NCBI GenBank assembly: GCA_950097015.1 | Contig: CATNEN010000038.1 | Span: 7,812,001 to 7,876,000, forward strand | DNA from: Macrostomum hystrix | Lineage: Eukaryota; Animalia; Platyhelminthes | DNA: 64,000 nucleotides | Reading direction: 5' to 3' | Translations under genes and position numbers: made by a program | Notes under the pieces: generated by a model | Database searches by the model: none | What the model was told of the DNA's origin: nothing | What the model saw: the letters and a program-made list of their open reading frames with translations, nothing else | Shown: piece by piece, positions 62,900 to 64,000 of the stretch | How the letters are laid out: each line of letters starts with the position of its first letter | Numbering within the stretch: the stretch's first letter is position 1

Positions 62900-63930
62900 A
62901 GGTATGGGAGTCAGGGATTCCAGGGATGGGAGTCAGGGATTCCAGGGATGTGAGTCAGGGATTCCAGGAATGGGAGTCAGGGATTCCGGGGATGGGAGTC
63001 AGGGATTCCAGGGATGGGAGTCAGGGATTCCAGGGATGTGAGTCAGGGATTCCAGGAATGGGAGTCAGGGATTCCAGGGATGGGAGTCAGGGATTCCAGG
63101 GATGGGAGTCAGGGATTCCAGGGATGGGAGTCAGGGATTCCAGGGATGTGAGTCAGGGATTCCAGGAATGGGAGTCAGGGATTCCGGGGATGGGAGTCAG
63201 GGATTCCAGGGATGGGAGTCAGGGATTCCAGGGATGTGAGTCAGGGATTCCAGGAATGGGAGTCAGGGATTCCAGGGATGGGAGTCAGGGATTCCAGGGA
63301 TGGGAGTCAGGGATTCCAGGGATGGGAGTCAGGGATTCCAGGGATGTGAGTCAGGGATTCCAGGAATGGGAGTCAGGGATTCCGGGGATGGGAGTCAGGG
63401 ATTCCAGGGATGGGAGTCAGGGATTCCAGGGATGTGAGTCAGGGATTCCAGGAATGGGAGTCAGGGATTCCAGGGATGGGAGTCAGGGATTCCAGGGATG
63501 GGAGTCAGGGATTCCAGGGATGGGAGTCAGGGATTCCAGGGATGTGAGTCAGGGATTCCAGGAATGGGAGTCAGGGATTCCAGGGATGGGAGTCAGGGAT
63601 TCCAGGGATGGGAGTCAGGGATTCCAGGGATGGGAGTCAGGGATTCCAGGGATGGGAGTCAGGGATTCCAGGGATGGGAGTCAGGGATTCCAGGGATGTG
63701 AGTCAGGGATTCCAGGAATGGGAGTCAGGGATTCCGGGGATGGGAGTCAGGGATTCCAGGGATGGGAGTCAGGGATTCCAGGGATGTGAGTCAGGGATTC
63801 CAGGAATGGTAGTCAGGGATTCCAGGGATGGGAGTCAGGGATTCCAGGGATGGGAGTCAGGGATTCCAGGGATGGGAGTCAGGTTTTCCAGGGATGGAAG
63901 TCGGGGATTTCAGGAATGGGTGTCAGGGAT
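62900..63930. repeat. Intronic minisatellite, 22-bp unit (GGGAGTCAGGGATTCCAGGGAT), ~46 copies with 198-bp higher-order period
   Basis: Tandem repetition after the donor at 62801. Confidence 0.98.
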
Positions 63931-64000
63931 TCATGAGATGTTGTTTAGGGTTCTATAATAAGTATGTTGATTATGAATGAGGAGTGCGTATGCTGGAGTT

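Noticed and set aside
185-63930. Arrays of 20-39 bp repeats as CRISPR loci
   Set aside because: Units are head-to-tail with no unique spacers, there are no cas genes, and the context is spliced eukaryotic genes.

Overview
Eukaryotic (metazoan) genomic DNA with GC/CpG-rich exons, GT-AG introns and AT-rich intergenic DNA. The style (poly-Q/poly-A low-complexity exons, minisatellite-filled introns) resembles a free-living flatworm such as Macrostomum, but that is only an inference. Four spliced genes can be reconstructed by hand: a divergent NR1J/HR96-like nuclear receptor (minus, 5946 to beyond the left edge), adducin (plus, 14547-24035), a SPATA18/Mieap orthologue (minus, ~47300 to 39127, possibly continuing to ~35250), and a KMT2C/D (MLL3/4)-like gene (plus, 51094 to beyond the right edge). 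Mobile DNA comprises a dead Merlin/IS1595(ISXO2)-type transposon with a nested mini-element, three other TIR elements, a Penelope-like GIY-YIG relic and five copies of a tRNA-headed SINE. The most striking structure is about 20 mostly unrelated 12-39 bp minisatellite arrays, nearly all confined between splice sites, essentially one private array per long intron. Several arrays are built from splice-signal-like motifs (branch point, acceptor, donor). Most ORFs in the supplied track are artefacts of these arrays. Exon boundaries were read manually and are not validated by transcripts.
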